NCBI GenBank assembly: GCA_038321985.1
Contig: JBBQFN010000004.1
Span: 192,001 to 256,000 of the forward strand
Origin: Cyanophyceae cyanobacterium
GTDB lineage: Bacteria; Cyanobacteriota; Cyanobacteriia; Cyanobacteriales; Laspinemataceae
DNA length: 64,000 nucleotides
Reading direction: 5' to 3'
Part shown: positions 1-10,498 of the stretch, in pieces
How positions within the stretch are numbered: position 1 is the stretch's first letter
Layout of the letters: every line of letters starts with the position of its first letter
Position numbers and translations under genes: made by a program
Notes under the pieces: generated by a model
What the model was told of the DNA's origin: nothing
Seen by the model: only the letters and a program-made list of their open reading frames with translations
Database searches by the model: none

Positions 1-58
1 AATAACTCTCTTCTCTCCTCTTTGTCAAATGCCTCGATAATGGAGACAAATATCGAAA

Positions 59-400
59 ATGGCTTCCCCTAAGCACTTCGAGTTTCCCATTGCTAAAGCA
101 CAATATCTCTTCAACCGCGCCACTGAACTAGGACAAGGAGGAGATAAGCGGAAATTCTGGCGGGATGTGATGGGGTTTGAGTCATCAGAAGCAATTCGAG
201 AGGCAATCTTAACTGAGGTATCTTTGGATATACTGCAACCTCAGAGTCAAAACGAACACGGGGAACTCTATCGTGCCTATATAGAAGTTACAGGGGTTTC
301 TGGGATCTCTCGACGGATTAAAACGGTTTGGATTGTGCTATTTGATGAAGATGTTGCTAGGTTTGTAACAGCACTACCGGATAGATTAGGAGGGTTGTAA
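59..400 (+). CDS. DUF6883-like protein, putative toxin
   Basis: Pattern YLFN...GGDKRKFW...MGF...G.LY...V.G.SG...KTVW......RFVTALP resembles DUF6883; TAATG stop/start overlap with the next gene. Confidence 0.7.
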   Translation: MASPKHFEFPIAKAQYLFNRATELGQGGDKRKFWRDVMGFESSEAIREAILTEVSLDILQPQSQNEHGELYRAYIEVTGVSGISRRIKTVWIVLFDEDVARFVTALPDRLGGL

Positions 401-780
401 TGGCTCGATTTCAGCTATTTGATGGGGTTAAACTCACTGAAGCAATTCCCTTAACCGATGGGGGAGTGGCGCAGGTGGATACCGTGGGTACAATTGTGGA
501 AGTTCTGGGAGAGGGAAAGGCTTATCTTGTCGAATTGTTTGGGGGTTGGGTTAAGTACGATGAAAAGGGTAATTTTGTGTCAGCGGTTCAGGATGAAGCT
601 GATTCGTTTATGGAGACAATCGGGGTGGAAACCGTTTATCCTCATCAATTCGTTTTAACAATTTCTGCTCGTCAAACGATGGGAGTTCGAGAACATTTAA
701 CAGCAGTTTTAGAGGATTTATCCGATGATTTAGTTGCTGAAGTTCGCGATTTTGCCGAATTTTTACAGCAGAAACAGTAA
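400..780 (+). CDS. DUF4926-like protein with C-terminal DUF2281-like helix, putative antitoxin/immunity protein
   Basis: N-terminal FQLFDGVKLTE...VGTIVEV...AYLVELF; C-terminal LEDLSDDLVAEVRDFAEFLQQK; translationally coupled to the upstream gene. Confidence 0.65.
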   Translation: MARFQLFDGVKLTEAIPLTDGGVAQVDTVGTIVEVLGEGKAYLVELFGGWVKYDEKGNFVSAVQDEADSFMETIGVETVYPHQFVLTISARQTMGVREHLTAVLEDLSDDLVAEVRDFAEFLQQKQ

Positions 781-802
781 CAAAAGCAAGTCAGTTCATA
801 AA

Positions 803-1022
803 ATGCTAACCGATCCAGAATTAAAATCGAAAGTTGATACAATTTGGGATAGATTAGGGTCCTCGGGACTGTCTAATCCGATGGATCCGAGCGAACAATT
901 CTCTTCTCTTTTTCAAGTGCCTGGATAATGCAGAGAACAAGCGGGAGAAACAAGCAAAGCTGCGTAAAAAAGAATTTACCCCGCAAATTAAACCAGAATG
1001 GAGATGGAAGTACGGGAGTTGA
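803..1022 (+). pseudogene. hsdM: Remnant of the N-terminal domain of a type I restriction-modification M subunit (HsdM_N), frameshifted and truncated
   Basis: MLTDPELKSKVDTIWDRLGSSGLSNPMDPSEQFSSLF continues in another frame as FKCLDNAENKREKQAKLRKKEFTPQIKPEWRWKYGS*; resembles HsdM N-termini. Confidence 0.65.
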
Positions 1023-1041
1023 TGAGTTTTATAGATGAAAA

Positions 1042-1239
1042 ATGAAAGTTAGAGAAGTTATTAAAATGTTAGAAAATGATGGGTGGTATTTAGCCAAAAT
1101 CAAGGGCAGTCATCGTTAATTTAAACACCCAGAAAAAGCTGGAACTGTTACAGTATCAGGTAATTTAGGGGTTGATATGCCAATTGGTACGCTAAAAAAT
1201 GTTTTGCGGCAAGCTCAACTAGAAGAGGAGGAAGAGTAA
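1042..1239 (+). pseudogene. hicA: HicA mRNA interferase toxin with an in-frame stop
   Basis: MKVREVIKMLENDGWYLAKIKGSHR*FKHPEKAGTVTVSGNLGVDMPIGTLKNVLRQAQLEEEEE; GSH motif; TAA at 1117-1119; TAATG overlap with hicB. Confidence 0.9.
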
Positions 1240-1445
1240 TGCGTTATGCGGTTGTAATTGAAAAAGGTGAAACTAGCTACGGCGCTTATGTTCCCGATTT
1301 ACCTGGATGTGTAGCTGTAGCTGAAAGTTTAGCAGAGGTAAGGAGTTTAATTAAAGAGGCGATCGCCTTTCATCTCGAAGGGTTACAAGAGGATGGTTTT
1401 ACTATTCCCAAACCTGTCTCTATTTGTGAATATGTTGAAGCATGA
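1239..1445 (+). CDS. hicB: HicB family antitoxin (short form)
   Basis: YAVVIEKGETSYGAYVPDLPGCVAVAESLAEV...IKEAIAFHLEGL is the HicB signature. Confidence 0.9.
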   Translation: MRYAVVIEKGETSYGAYVPDLPGCVAVAESLAEVRSLIKEAIAFHLEGLQEDGFTIPKPVSICEYVEA

Positions 1446-1756
1446 TAATTATGAGTTGCCAGAGGTCACAATGGAAAGGTAGCTGAAGTTCTAGCATATT
1501 ATAGCTAAGGAAGTAAGAGAGTTAAATGAATTACTTGAATCCGAATAAATCTGACGATGCGTTTATTCTGAAACGAGAAGAGGCGGAAGCCTACCTGCAA
1601 CGGATTACTGATCCGCCAAAGTTGAGCCTGTTGAAGGTTTCAGACTTTCGGCAGCGATTTCTTGCGGAGAAAAGGGGGCGTTTGAGATTGCAGAGATGGA
1701 TTAGGGCGATCGCACCAGAGTACAGTAACCCTACTTTATCTGGATTTGGGCCATTC

Positions 1757-2146
1757 CTACCCATTGATATGTTTTCCTAAGAATTCGCCTAATGCTTCTT
1801 TACTCATTTTGTCTTCCACCACATCTAAAACCATCTGGTATGTCGCATCCGGTGACAAGTTGAGGCGGTATCCGTTGATTCTGAGGAACGTCAACATTAC
1901 CGCTAAGGCAGTGCGCTTGTTGCCATCCACAAAGGGATGATTCTTTGCTAGATGGTAAAGATAGGCGGCGGCTTGTTCTGGTAAAGTGGGATGCAGAAAC
2001 TGTCCGCCAAAGGTAGCTTGAGGTTGAGCCAGTGCGGAGTCAAGTAACCCTTCGTCTCTAATCCCAGAAGTACCGCCAAATTTGTTGATTTGACGGTTGT
2101 GGATATCCTGAACTTCGGACATTTCAATAAATCTAGGAGTCTGCAA
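1757..2146 (-). CDS. doc: Fic/Doc family death-on-curing toxin
   Basis: HPFVDGNKRTA Fic/Doc motif; GGTSGIRDEGLLDSAL. Confidence 0.92.
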   Translation of the reverse strand: MQTPRFIEMSEVQDIHNRQINKFGGTSGIRDEGLLDSALAQPQATFGGQFLHPTLPEQAAAYLYHLAKNHPFVDGNKRTALAVMLTFLRINGYRLNLSPDATYQMVLDVVEDKMSKEALGEFLGKHING

Positions 2147-2336
2147 GGCGACGGAAAACCTCCTCCCATTCTTGTTCGACGGCTAAATAAGCCTGCCAGA
2201 CTTCTTCTTTGGAGGCATAAGTAAATAAGGGTTGGTCTGGCGATCGCTTTATTTCAGTGGCGTGATGGCTTTCTGGGTTGGATTCAGTATAGCTATACTG
2301 ATCAACTGGGTTGATTTGTTTTGAGTTCGGTTCCAT
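2133..2336 (-). CDS. Putative antitoxin of the Doc toxin
   Basis: 67-aa ORF overlapping the doc start; C-terminal helix WEEVFRRLADS resembles Doc partner proteins. Confidence 0.6.
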   Translation of the reverse strand: MEPNSKQINPVDQYSYTESNPESHHATEIKRSPDQPLFTYASKEEVWQAYLAVEQEWEEVFRRLADS

Positions 2337-2421
2337 TTTACTTCCTTCAAAACTACTATTTTTATAAATTCTACCCTATCTCAGTCTTCAAGAAGATATT
2401 TTATGACAATTTAAGCAAAAA

Positions 2422-2482
2422 CTAGCAACGAGTTCAGTGGTAACACGAAACAAAGATAACGACTGAAGTCATTACTACAAAC
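2422..2482. repeat. REP-like element pair (GTTYGTAGTAAYGACTTCAGTCGTT family)
   Basis: Reverse complement of 2456-2482 is GTTTGTAGTAATGACTTCAGTCGTTAT, nearly identical to the copy at 58243; a degenerate forward copy lies near 2422-2444. Confidence 0.65.
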
Positions 2483-2557
2483 TGAAGAAGATTAGCCCGC
2501 AGACGCGGGCTTTAGTTCTGATATTTTCCACCCTTTAGAGTAAGGAATTTCTACACC

Positions 2558-3742
2558 TTAGCCACTTGAAGAAAAACGAATTTTCAGGTAGTCATCTTCC
2601 ATTTTTGCCCCCGAAGGTTGTAATGCTGCCAAGGCTTGCGGTAGCACTAAATTACGGCGATGGTTACCGATGGTAATATTCAATTCATCAGCGCTTTTAC
2701 TGAGTTGAACTTGGTCTTTGGGAATCCCGGGTAAATACAGTTCTAAACTGTATTCATTATCTTTTTGCACGACGCGAACGGTGGTTTCTTTATAGTAAAC
2801 CTGGCTCGGGTCTTCATCTTTCCCGTACAAGGTTTCTTTGAGGCGATCGAGGGCTTCTAAACCGCACATTTCCTCAGAATAAAGAGGAACCTCTTTCACC
2901 GGCAGGGGATGGAAATTTTCGTGGATTTCATCTCTGTACTGCTTTTGACTTTCTTTCCACCGTTGGAAGAAGGGGTCGGTGACACTTTCGGGAATAATTC
3001 GGTTGGCAACAATCAAATCGGTGGCTACATTATATAAACTCAAATAGGCATGAGCCCGTAAGGATTCTTTAATCACCATTTTCTCAGGATTGGTGACTAA
3101 GCGGACCGAGGTTTTAGTATTATCCGTTAATACTTTTTCCAATGCCTCAATTTGTTCATAAAACTCAAAAGGTGCGTCCATCACCTCTTTATCCGGGAGG
3201 GAAAAACCGGCGATCGGTCTGAAAATTGGTTCAACAAAAGGTCTAAGGGCGACGGATATGCCTTGGAAGGGTTTATAAAACCGTCTCATATACCAGCCCC
3301 CGACTTCGGGTAAGCTGAGTAAGCGCAGGGCGGTGCCAGTCGGTGCGGAGTCAATAATCAGGACATCATAGAAGCCTTCGTCATAATGCCGTTTCATCCG
3401 CACGAGGCCGAATATTTCATCCATGCCGGGTAAAATGGCGAGTTCTTCGGCTTGAATGCCATCCAGTCCCCGGGCTTGCAAAACTTGGGTAATATAGCGT
3501 TTGACAGACCCCCAGTTGGCTTCTAATTCGATGAGTGCATCGAGTTCTGCACCCCAGAGGTTATCTCTAACTAGGCGAGGTTCGTGACCTAATTCCATGT
3601 CAAAGCTATCGGCCAAGGAATGAGCTGGATCGGTACTCAATACTAAGGTTTTATAGCCTAATTCGGCACATTGCAATCCGGTGGCAGCGGCAACGGATGT
3701 TTTACCCACGCCGCCTTTCCCGGTCATTAAAATTAATCGCAT
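2558..3742 (-). CDS. arsA: ArsA/GET3/TRC40-family ATPase with C-terminal HSP20-like domain
   Basis: GKGGVGKT P-loop, [15 protein letters not shown]-terminal alpha-crystallin-like segment. Confidence 0.92.
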   Translation of the reverse strand: MRLILMTGKGGVGKTSVAAATGLQCAELGYKTLVLSTDPAHSLADSFDMELGHEPRLVRDNLWGAELDALIELEANWGSVKRYITQVLQARGLDGIQAEELAILPGMDEIFGLVRMKRHYDEGFYDVLIIDSAPTGTALRLLSLPEVGGWYMRRFYKPFQGISVALRPFVEPIFRPIAGFSLPDKEVMDAPFEFYEQIEALEKVLTDNTKTSVRLVTNPEKMVIKESLRAHAYLSLYNVATDLIVANRIIPESVTDPFFQRWKESQKQYRDEIHENFHPLPVKEVPLYSEEMCGLEALDRLKETLYGKDEDPSQVYYKETTVRVVQKDNEYSLELYLPGIPKDQVQLSKSADELNITIGNHRRNLVLPQALAALQPSGAKMEDDYLKIRFSSSG

Positions 3743-3785
3743 GGATCTTTTACCCCTGCCTGAGAATTGTTAACATACCTTTACT

Positions 3786-4184
3786 TTAGCGGTTTTTTCC
3801 CGGAACCTGTGGCTGGAAGTGTTGTTTGAGGACGTCGAGGCGGGAGATATCCCAGTAATCGATGTGGGAGATAATTTTTCCCTCGGGGTTGAGTTGTAAT
3901 TCACTCCGTCCGGAGATGGCAATGGGAGGTTTCCAGGGTAGGGGTGTGATCCAATGCAGGGTCCAGCGGGTTTCGATGGTGTCGTGGATGCGGCGAATGT
4001 CGTGTAAGTCCATTTTGATTTGTTTAAACCAGGTGGACATGAAGCCAATCATCTGTCGGTAGCGATCGCAGCCCCGAAATTCGGTCATCGGGTCTTTGAA
4101 ATAGACCTCTTCGGCATACAGGCTATAAGTCTGGTTTTGGGGAAATTGTTGATAGTCTTGTGTGAGAATTTCAATAATGTCCAT
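3786..4184 (-). CDS. DUF2358 (NTF2-like) protein
   Basis: YAEEVYFKDP..F.G...Y, RWTL....LPWKP.I...G.SEL, IISHIDYWD. Confidence 0.8.
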   Translation of the reverse strand: MDIIEILTQDYQQFPQNQTYSLYAEEVYFKDPMTEFRGCDRYRQMIGFMSTWFKQIKMDLHDIRRIHDTIETRWTLHWITPLPWKPPIAISGRSELQLNPEGKIISHIDYWDISRLDVLKQHFQPQVPGKNR

Positions 4185-4215
4185 AAAGCAAGCTCATTTA
4201 GGTAACTTTTAAGGA

Positions 4216-4247
4216 AAATAATAAACCCCCAGCAATTGCTAGGGGTT
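4216..4247 (-). terminator. Probable intrinsic terminator after the DUF4912 gene
   Basis: Imperfect hairpin AACCCC.AGCA/TGCT.GGGGTT followed on the minus strand by a T-rich tract. Confidence 0.5.
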
Positions 4248-4310
4248 CTTTTAAAAGGTTATTCAAATGAAGGGTTTAAAAAGTATTTTCACCCCTTCAA
4301 GTTTCAACCT

Positions 4311-5567
4311 TTATGCAAACCATTCTTCGACGGCTTCTTCCTTGGTGTTGGTCCGACGCGCAGGGGTAACCCGATTGAAGTTCATGTGGATCTCGCGGCT
4401 TTGTTCACCGTCGGAAGCCACTGCTACGATCGGGTAATCGATGATCCCATCTTGGAAGGACATCTGGAAGCGGAAGGTACCATCAGCATTGAGTTTGATA
4501 GGACGTCCACCGATGGTGACGGTGGCATCAGGTTCGGTGGCACCGTAGACGATTAATTCGGCGTCGGCAACCAGCCAGAACTTACGAGGACGGTTCGGAG
4601 GTGCGGAGGCGGCAAAGCCTGCACCGGACATGGTTAAGCCAACACCGGACATATTCATGCCGATACCAGAGGCGTTAGGAACGGCCCACATTCCGACACC
4701 GGAGGGGAAGACGTAGGAACTGAGGGATTCCGAGGGGGCCATCGAACCCGGAATGTGCTGCATGGACCCGAAGAGGGAACCGGCAACGCGCTGGGATTCG
4801 ACTGTTTGGGTCATACCAAAGATTTCGTCGTAGATGGCGTTAGGACTACTGCCAATACTCAGCGGGGCTTTCTTACTGGGGGGAACCAGTTGCATAAAGG
4901 TTTTGCCGCGTAAGTCTTCTTCCCATTCGATGGTGAGGAAGTGGTCTTCAATCCAGTCGGAGGGATAAACCGGGGGAATGTGGACGAGGGCAGAACGGGA
5001 GAGGACTAACCAGCGGCCATCAGCGCAGCGGTAGCCGATGTCTACAACGTAATCGCGATCGCTCACGGGGATCGGTAAGTACCATTCCCGCGCCAGTTCG
5101 TCACAAGGATATTCCTGAATGCTGTGGGGGCTTTGGTTTTCGATATTGATGTCAGTGACATCGTATAGGCGCAGGGCTAACTGTTGGCCGCCTTGACGCC
5201 GCATTTCTTCTTTACTGGTATTGGAAATATCCCAGTAGCTATACGCCCATTGGGGGTCTCGCGGTAACAGCATGATCCGGCTTTCACCGTAACCACCAGG
5301 CAGATCGCCGAGTCCTTCATCGACGGAGGCGAGAGTTCCACCTGTGCGATCTTCTTGACCCAGTTCAAATTTTGCTGCTTCCACTTCTTCCTGTGCCTCC
5401 AATGTACGAGTTTGTTCTACGGAAATCTTGGTGCGTTGTTTTTCTTGAATCGATGCCAGAAGTTGAGATTTCCTCATCCGGCTATAGCGAGAGATTCCAC
5501 ATTCACTGGCAACTCGGCGGAGTTGTCGTAGGGTCATCTCTTCTAAAGGGGGTCTTTCTTTTGCCAC
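4311..5567 (-). CDS. DUF4912 domain protein with N-terminal Rho_N-like domain
   Basis: LEEMTLRQLRRVASECGISRYSRMRKSQL (Rho_N-like); LPRDPQWAYSYWD...REWYL (DUF4912); FWLVADAELIVYGATEP tail. Confidence 0.85.
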   Translation of the reverse strand: MAKERPPLEEMTLRQLRRVASECGISRYSRMRKSQLLASIQEKQRTKISVEQTRTLEAQEEVEAAKFELGQEDRTGGTLASVDEGLGDLPGGYGESRIMLLPRDPQWAYSYWDISNTSKEEMRRQGGQQLALRLYDVTDINIENQSPHSIQEYPCDELAREWYLPIPVSDRDYVVDIGYRCADGRWLVLSRSALVHIPPVYPSDWIEDHFLTIEWEEDLRGKTFMQLVPPSKKAPLSIGSSPNAIYDEIFGMTQTVESQRVAGSLFGSMQHIPGSMAPSESLSSYVFPSGVGMWAVPNASGIGMNMSGVGLTMSGAGFAASAPPNRPRKFWLVADAELIVYGATEPDATVTIGGRPIKLNADGTFRFQMSFQDGIIDYPIVAVASDGEQSREIHMNFNRVTPARRTNTKEEAVEEWFA

Positions 5568-6392
5568 TGTTCTATTGGCCTCCTATTTCGGCTATACGGC
5601 AGGTGGGTTGCTTCCGAACTCAAAACTCTCGTTATGTTTGAATCGGTTCGAGGGGTCAGTTCGGAATTTGGGGTAGCCTTGCCTGTAATGGGCGATCGCG
5701 ATCCTCCTTCCCTATAAGTTTTTATGGGGGGACGAATCCCTAGTTAATTGAGTGTATGGAGTTTGCACCCCAGGAGAATAAAACTGTTGCCTTACGGTTA
5801 CCCAGTTCATAAAAATTAGCTGCGGCTTGATCGCCGATCGCACTCTTAGTTGTCCACACCAATCAGGTCATGTTAGACCTTCTTTAAAGTTAGATATTCT
5901 CTATTCTTCTCTTTCGTAAATCTTGCCCAGGGGTCCTGACTTAGGATTCACTTAGAGTTCCATAAAGAGTCCATCTCCCTTGAGGATTCTTTACCTTAAA
6001 TGCGACCAACCAATGTTTCCTTATTTTTGAGTGTCATCCACCGGAATGGTGTTGACTCTCGATTGGGTCCCTTGGCTGTTAACTACAGCTTTTTTTTGGG
6101 ATCGTGGGGGATCGCTTCGTTATGTCTATGTTGCATAAAAGATTCGATAGGGTCAAGGGGGTTTACCAGCCGATTCTCCACTGATCTAAGGATTTATACG
6201 GATTTATAAGCCCTTCGGGGATCGTAATGTCATGAAATCTTGATATAAGCCGGAGATTGGGGATCGTCACTGAGGGACTCTATGTCAGGAGTTGATGACA
6301 ATCAGGGAGCGATCGCCCTCAACCCTGATAGAGCAGGGGTCGGGGAGATGCGGCAGATGGCTTCACCCCGGTCATGAGGAATCCACAGACCC

Positions 6393-6425
6393 AAAAATAA
6401 CCGACGGGGGCCACCCCCATCGGCT
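6393..6425 (-). terminator. Intrinsic terminator after ftn2
   Basis: Minus strand GCCGATGGGGG-TGG-CCCCCGTCGGT followed by TATTTTT. Confidence 0.65.
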
Positions 6426-6447
6426 TAAATCCGGACTCAATTCGGGT

Positions 6448-8748
6448 CTAGGGTAGAATTACCCAGTCCCGAATGCGCCACTGACCCGCTTCGCGAACCA
6501 ACTGATACTGAACCCGTAAATTATCATCGCGAGTGTTAGAAAGTTGTCCATTCTCAAATAACCGCGCCGTTTCGCTCACCTGGGCTTCTACGGTGGCACG
6601 GTCCGGGTCGGTGGGACTCATTTCAAACCCAGTTTCTTGAATATTGTGTTCGTACTCCCAATACCAACTTTCCCGACGGGCGGCCTCGGCGCGACGTTGC
6701 CACAGAGAGAGGGCCGGATCCATCAAAATCTCTGGTAACCTTTCCACCTGATGAGTGGTACCGAGGGCCTCGGATTTGATAGTAAACCATTTCTGAAGAA
6801 CACTTTGAGCGATCGCCTGATTCATCGGTCCAGTGGTCGCGAGTTCTTCCGGACTCGGTTGAGTGGCGATCGGGATAGCCGGTTGGTCAAGCTGGATACT
6901 CAACTGTTCCCCCCGTAGAGAGGGCCCTCTTTGAAATAACCCGGCTATCCATCCGATCGCATTAAACAACAACCAGAGGAGTAAAAGCCCCAGTAGCCCG
7001 CCGACGCCCAATAAAATCAGACGTTCTAGCTTGGGGTTTTTTCCCTTAGTCCCACTACGTCCCACACCACTGCGACGGGATGGCGGAGTTTCTATAGGCT
7101 CCAATCCCCGGATTCGGGCGGCGATTGGAAGTTTACTGCGATCGTCCCGTTTGCCATTCCCGGACCCACTCCGGTCTTCACTCATCCCCCCACGGCCTCG
7201 ATCGCGGATTCTCCCTTGACCGGCAGTATTTGCATCGGAACTGGTCCGAATTGCCGTGGGAAGCGTTGCTAAGGACAGCGCAGAGGAAGACAAGCTGGGA
7301 TTTTTGCCTGGACCCCCATTTGTAGACCCATTACTATCTAATCTCAAGGTCGTTGTGAAGGAGGTATCCCGCCTGGGGGCTGGTTGCGGCAGCCCGATTG
7401 TCACGGGGTTGGGTGGCGGTGGCACCACCATCCATTCATTCACTTCATCCGCGGTAGTCTCGGGGAGTGCCTCTAAATAAGCCTGCACCTGTTCATCGGC
7501 AAAATAATCTTTAAGCGATGCCTGTGCCGATGCTAAATCCCGGAAGTGGGGAAATACCTCCGATTGCAGCCAGCGTTCAGCGTACAAACACAATCCCGGC
7601 AGTAAATCCGGCGAATTTAGGGAATTTTCCCGAATAAAGGTGAGGGTTTCTTGTTCCTGGGTCAGTTCTAGAGAGTGAGCAGCCTCCTCGGTCTGTCCCA
7701 GCAGTAGAGAACAAACTGATTGCTCTAAATGGACATCCTGACGTCGCCCTAAATGAGTCAACAGCATTTGAGCGCGACGGATGAGGGCCGGTTGTCGGGC
7801 TGCAAACCCTCGCGCGACTAAGGCATAAACCGCGAGGTAGGTAGCAACAGCGGAGGGCCGACGGGCTTCAGCTTCAAATAATTCCTGTTGTTCAGCGGCG
7901 GTGAGATGGCCTCTGAGTTGCTGAATGAACCGTAAAAAATCATCCACGGATAACCCTGAGCGATCGTCCCCGGTGCCATCAATCCCGCCCCTTTCCTGCA
8001 ACATATCCTGCAAGAGTTGCAACCCCCGCTGACGCTCTTTACCTCGGGATTCCGGCAGGGCCAATAATTCTAAAATGCGGTACGGTCGGAGTTTGTAAAG
8101 GTCCGCTTGCATTTCCCCACGCACGGCAGGAAATAGCCCTTCGCGCAAGAGCATTTCCTGTCCGTTCTCTAGGGAGAGGGCGGCATTTTCATATTTACCC
8201 CCTTGCCATTGTTCTCGACCCAGTTCTAAACAGGCTAGGGCTAAGGTGAGGATAATATCTGCACCAACCAGTTTGGGGTCGCCAAACCGGCCATTTTTTA
8301 AACTAATATTGCTGCCGCTTAAGATGGGCAGCCCTAGTTTTAAAACCAGTTCATATTCTCCAAGTTCTTGGAGAATCAGCAAAGACCCGATGAATCCTTC
8401 CGAGGGGACCTCGATGCTAGGAGTATGGGGATCGAGATAGGAGTCCGTTGACTCTAGGCCCCCTCTTCCCTTTAAGGAGTCGGCTGGGGCTGACTCTAGT
8501 TCATACGCTTTAGCAAGGAAGCTAGCGTCATATTTTTGACGCTCCTCGGGATCGCTCAGAACGGAGTAAGCTTCATCAATGAGTTGTTTGCGAGCATTGG
8601 TGGCGACTTCAGAATATTCCCGCCTTGGGAGTTGCTCTTTGCGATCGCGATGGGCCTGCTTAAGCTGTTCAGCATAGCCAGGGGTTTCGACCCCAGGTAC
8701 CTGAATTGGCAGGCCGAGAATCCGGTAATAATCGAGTGGCACTAGCAC
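6448..8748 (-). CDS. ftn2: Cell division protein Ftn2/ZipN (ARC6 homologue): J-like domain, TM helix, IMS/DUF4101 domain
   Basis: PLDYYRILG J-like N-terminus; LYKLRPYRILELL and DLLPGLC motifs; one TM helix; C-terminal IMS domain; divergent from pdhA. Confidence 0.92.
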   Translation of the reverse strand: MLVPLDYYRILGLPIQVPGVETPGYAEQLKQAHRDRKEQLPRREYSEVATNARKQLIDEAYSVLSDPEERQKYDASFLAKAYELESAPADSLKGRGGLESTDSYLDPHTPSIEVPSEGFIGSLLILQELGEYELVLKLGLPILSGSNISLKNGRFGDPKLVGADIILTLALACLELGREQWQGGKYENAALSLENGQEMLLREGLFPAVRGEMQADLYKLRPYRILELLALPESRGKERQRGLQLLQDMLQERGGIDGTGDDRSGLSVDDFLRFIQQLRGHLTAAEQQELFEAEARRPSAVATYLAVYALVARGFAARQPALIRRAQMLLTHLGRRQDVHLEQSVCSLLLGQTEEAAHSLELTQEQETLTFIRENSLNSPDLLPGLCLYAERWLQSEVFPHFRDLASAQASLKDYFADEQVQAYLEALPETTADEVNEWMVVPPPPNPVTIGLPQPAPRRDTSFTTTLRLDSNGSTNGGPGKNPSLSSSALSLATLPTAIRTSSDANTAGQGRIRDRGRGGMSEDRSGSGNGKRDDRSKLPIAARIRGLEPIETPPSRRSGVGRSGTKGKNPKLERLILLGVGGLLGLLLLWLLFNAIGWIAGLFQRGPSLRGEQLSIQLDQPAIPIATQPSPEELATTGPMNQAIAQSVLQKWFTIKSEALGTTHQVERLPEILMDPALSLWQRRAEAARRESWYWEYEHNIQETGFEMSPTDPDRATVEAQVSETARLFENGQLSNTRDDNLRVQYQLVREAGQWRIRDWVILP

Positions 8749-9293
8749 AATCTACTTCCCCTGCTTGATGAGCAACCAGACAAACCAATAGCAGCAAATA
8801 TAAACGACTAAAAGAGTCCGATAATTATAGCCTTTAGTTTCTATGATAAAAGCTTAGGCGGTTATCTTGTCCGGAGAATTGCGGCGTACTCCAAGATTGA
8901 GCTAGGGTCGTCCCCAGGCTGAGAGGGTTTTAGCGGCTTGCCCGGTGGTTGCTTCTATTTAACAAGGTGTGGCGAGCTTCGTCAAGGACCCCCATCGGGT
9001 GAGGGTTTTGCCGCAGCACTCATCGTGATCCTTAGAAGCGATCAACCCGTTGTGGTATGATGTTTGGCCTAGTGGCGATGCTGGTGGATTAATCCCTACG
9101 AGGGATGGAACAAGTCAAGATTGAAATAAATTTAAGTTGCGACAACCGGCGGGGTTCCCCAGCAAAGGGAGTGGTTTTCCAGGTTTCCTAACAAAAAAAC
9201 TGGGTTTCTTATGTTTAAGGGGTTAAACCCACGCAATTCGCTTTTCTTCCGAGGTTTAAAGACCCTCGGGTTCCAAGCTACCAGGAGACTGTG

Positions 9294-10325
9294 ATGATTC
9301 AGGAACGGACTTTACCAACATTTGACGTAAGCACCGTACAGCTGTCGAAAGAAGACGGTTTGATGTTGTACGAAGATATGGTTTTAGGGCGCTTCTTTGA
9401 GGACAAGTGCGCCGAGATGTACTACCGAGGCAAAATGTTTGGTTTTGTCCACCTCTACAATGGGCAAGAGGCTGTCTCTACCGGGGTAATCCGGGCGATG
9501 AGACGGGATTGGGATTACGTTGCCAGCACTTATCGGGATCACGTTCATGCGTTAAGTGCTGGGGTTCCCGCAAGAGAGGTGATGGCCGAGTTATTTGGCA
9601 AGGCAACCGGATGCAGCAAGGGACGGGGTGGTTCCATGCACTTGTTCTCTGGGGAACATCATTTGCTAGGCGGTTTTGCATTTGTGGCGGAAGGCATTCC
9701 GGTTGCGACAGGGGCGGCATTTCAAAGCAAGTATCGTCGGGAAGCAATGGGGGATGCGGCTTCCGATAGCGTGTCCGCTTGTTTCTTTGGCGATGGGGCC
9801 TGCAATAATGGACAGTTTTATGAGTGTTTGAATATGGCGGCACTCTGGAAACTGCCGATTCTTTATGTGGTAGAAAATAATAAATGGGCGATCGGGATGG
9901 CTCACGAACGGGCTACTTCTGAACCGGAAATCTACAAGAAGGCTGCGGCTTTTGGGATGGTCGGGGTAGAGGTGGATGGAATGGACGTTCTGGCGGTTCG
10001 GACTGCGGCACTAGAGGCTGTGGAACGCGCCCGGGCTGGAGAAGGTCCTACTCTGATTGAAGCCATGACTTATCGGTTCCGGGGTCACTCTCTGGCGGAT
10101 CCCGATGAACTCCGCAGCAAGGAAGAAAAGGAATTTTGGCTATCTCGGGACCCAATTAAGCAATTGAGTGCCTATCTCACTGAGAAAAATCTGGCGACAG
10201 CGGAGGAACTCAAGGAAATTGAGAATAAAATTCAAGCGGTTGTGGATGAGTCGGTGCAGTTTGCGGAGAATAGTCCCGAACCCGACCCTTCGGAGTTATA
10301 TCGCTATGTGTTTGCGGAAGATTAG
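9294..10325 (+). CDS. pdhA: Pyruvate dehydrogenase E1 alpha subunit
   Basis: [26 protein letters not shown] motif, [19 protein letters not shown] upstream. Confidence 0.97.
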   Translation: MIQERTLPTFDVSTVQLSKEDGLMLYEDMVLGRFFEDKCAEMYYRGKMFGFVHLYNGQEAVSTGVIRAMRRDWDYVASTYRDHVHALSAGVPAREVMAELFGKATGCSKGRGGSMHLFSGEHHLLGGFAFVAEGIPVATGAAFQSKYRREAMGDAASDSVSACFFGDGACNNGQFYECLNMAALWKLPILYVVENNKWAIGMAHERATSEPEIYKKAAAFGMVGVEVDGMDVLAVRTAALEAVERARAGEGPTLIEAMTYRFRGHSLADPDELRSKEEKEFWLSRDPIKQLSAYLTEKNLATAEELKEIENKIQAVVDESVQFAENSPEPDPSELYRYVFAED

Positions 10326-10372
10326 AAAGTAGTCAGAGGGTTTCAGCCATTCTCACAGGGGATGGATACCCG

Positions 10373-10403
10373 AATGGGGGCGCGAGAATGCGCCCCATTT
10401 TTT
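10373..10403 (+). terminator. Intrinsic terminator after pdhA
   Basis: AATGGGGGCGC-GAGAAT-GCGCCCCATT followed by a T tract. Confidence 0.65.
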
Positions 10404-10498
10404 GGGTCCGCCGCTGAGGGCGATCGCCGTTTAGAAAATCCGACGCTATCCGATTTTCAGACCCTTTAAAGGCGAGGGGGGTTATTAAGTTAAGAAAA

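Noticed and set aside
1526..1780. 84-aa ORF between hicB and doc
   Set aside because: No recognisable family and it overlaps the doc 3' end; it may be a gene fragment, so it is not called.
5568..6447. Long intergenic region checked for SRP RNA, tRNA or riboswitch
   Set aside because: No SRP core, cloverleaf or riboswitch consensus seen by eye; an Rfam scan would be needed to exclude an sRNA.
8749..9290. ftn2-pdhA divergent region as a possible ncRNA locus
   Set aside because: Only short weak stems; nothing identifiable.
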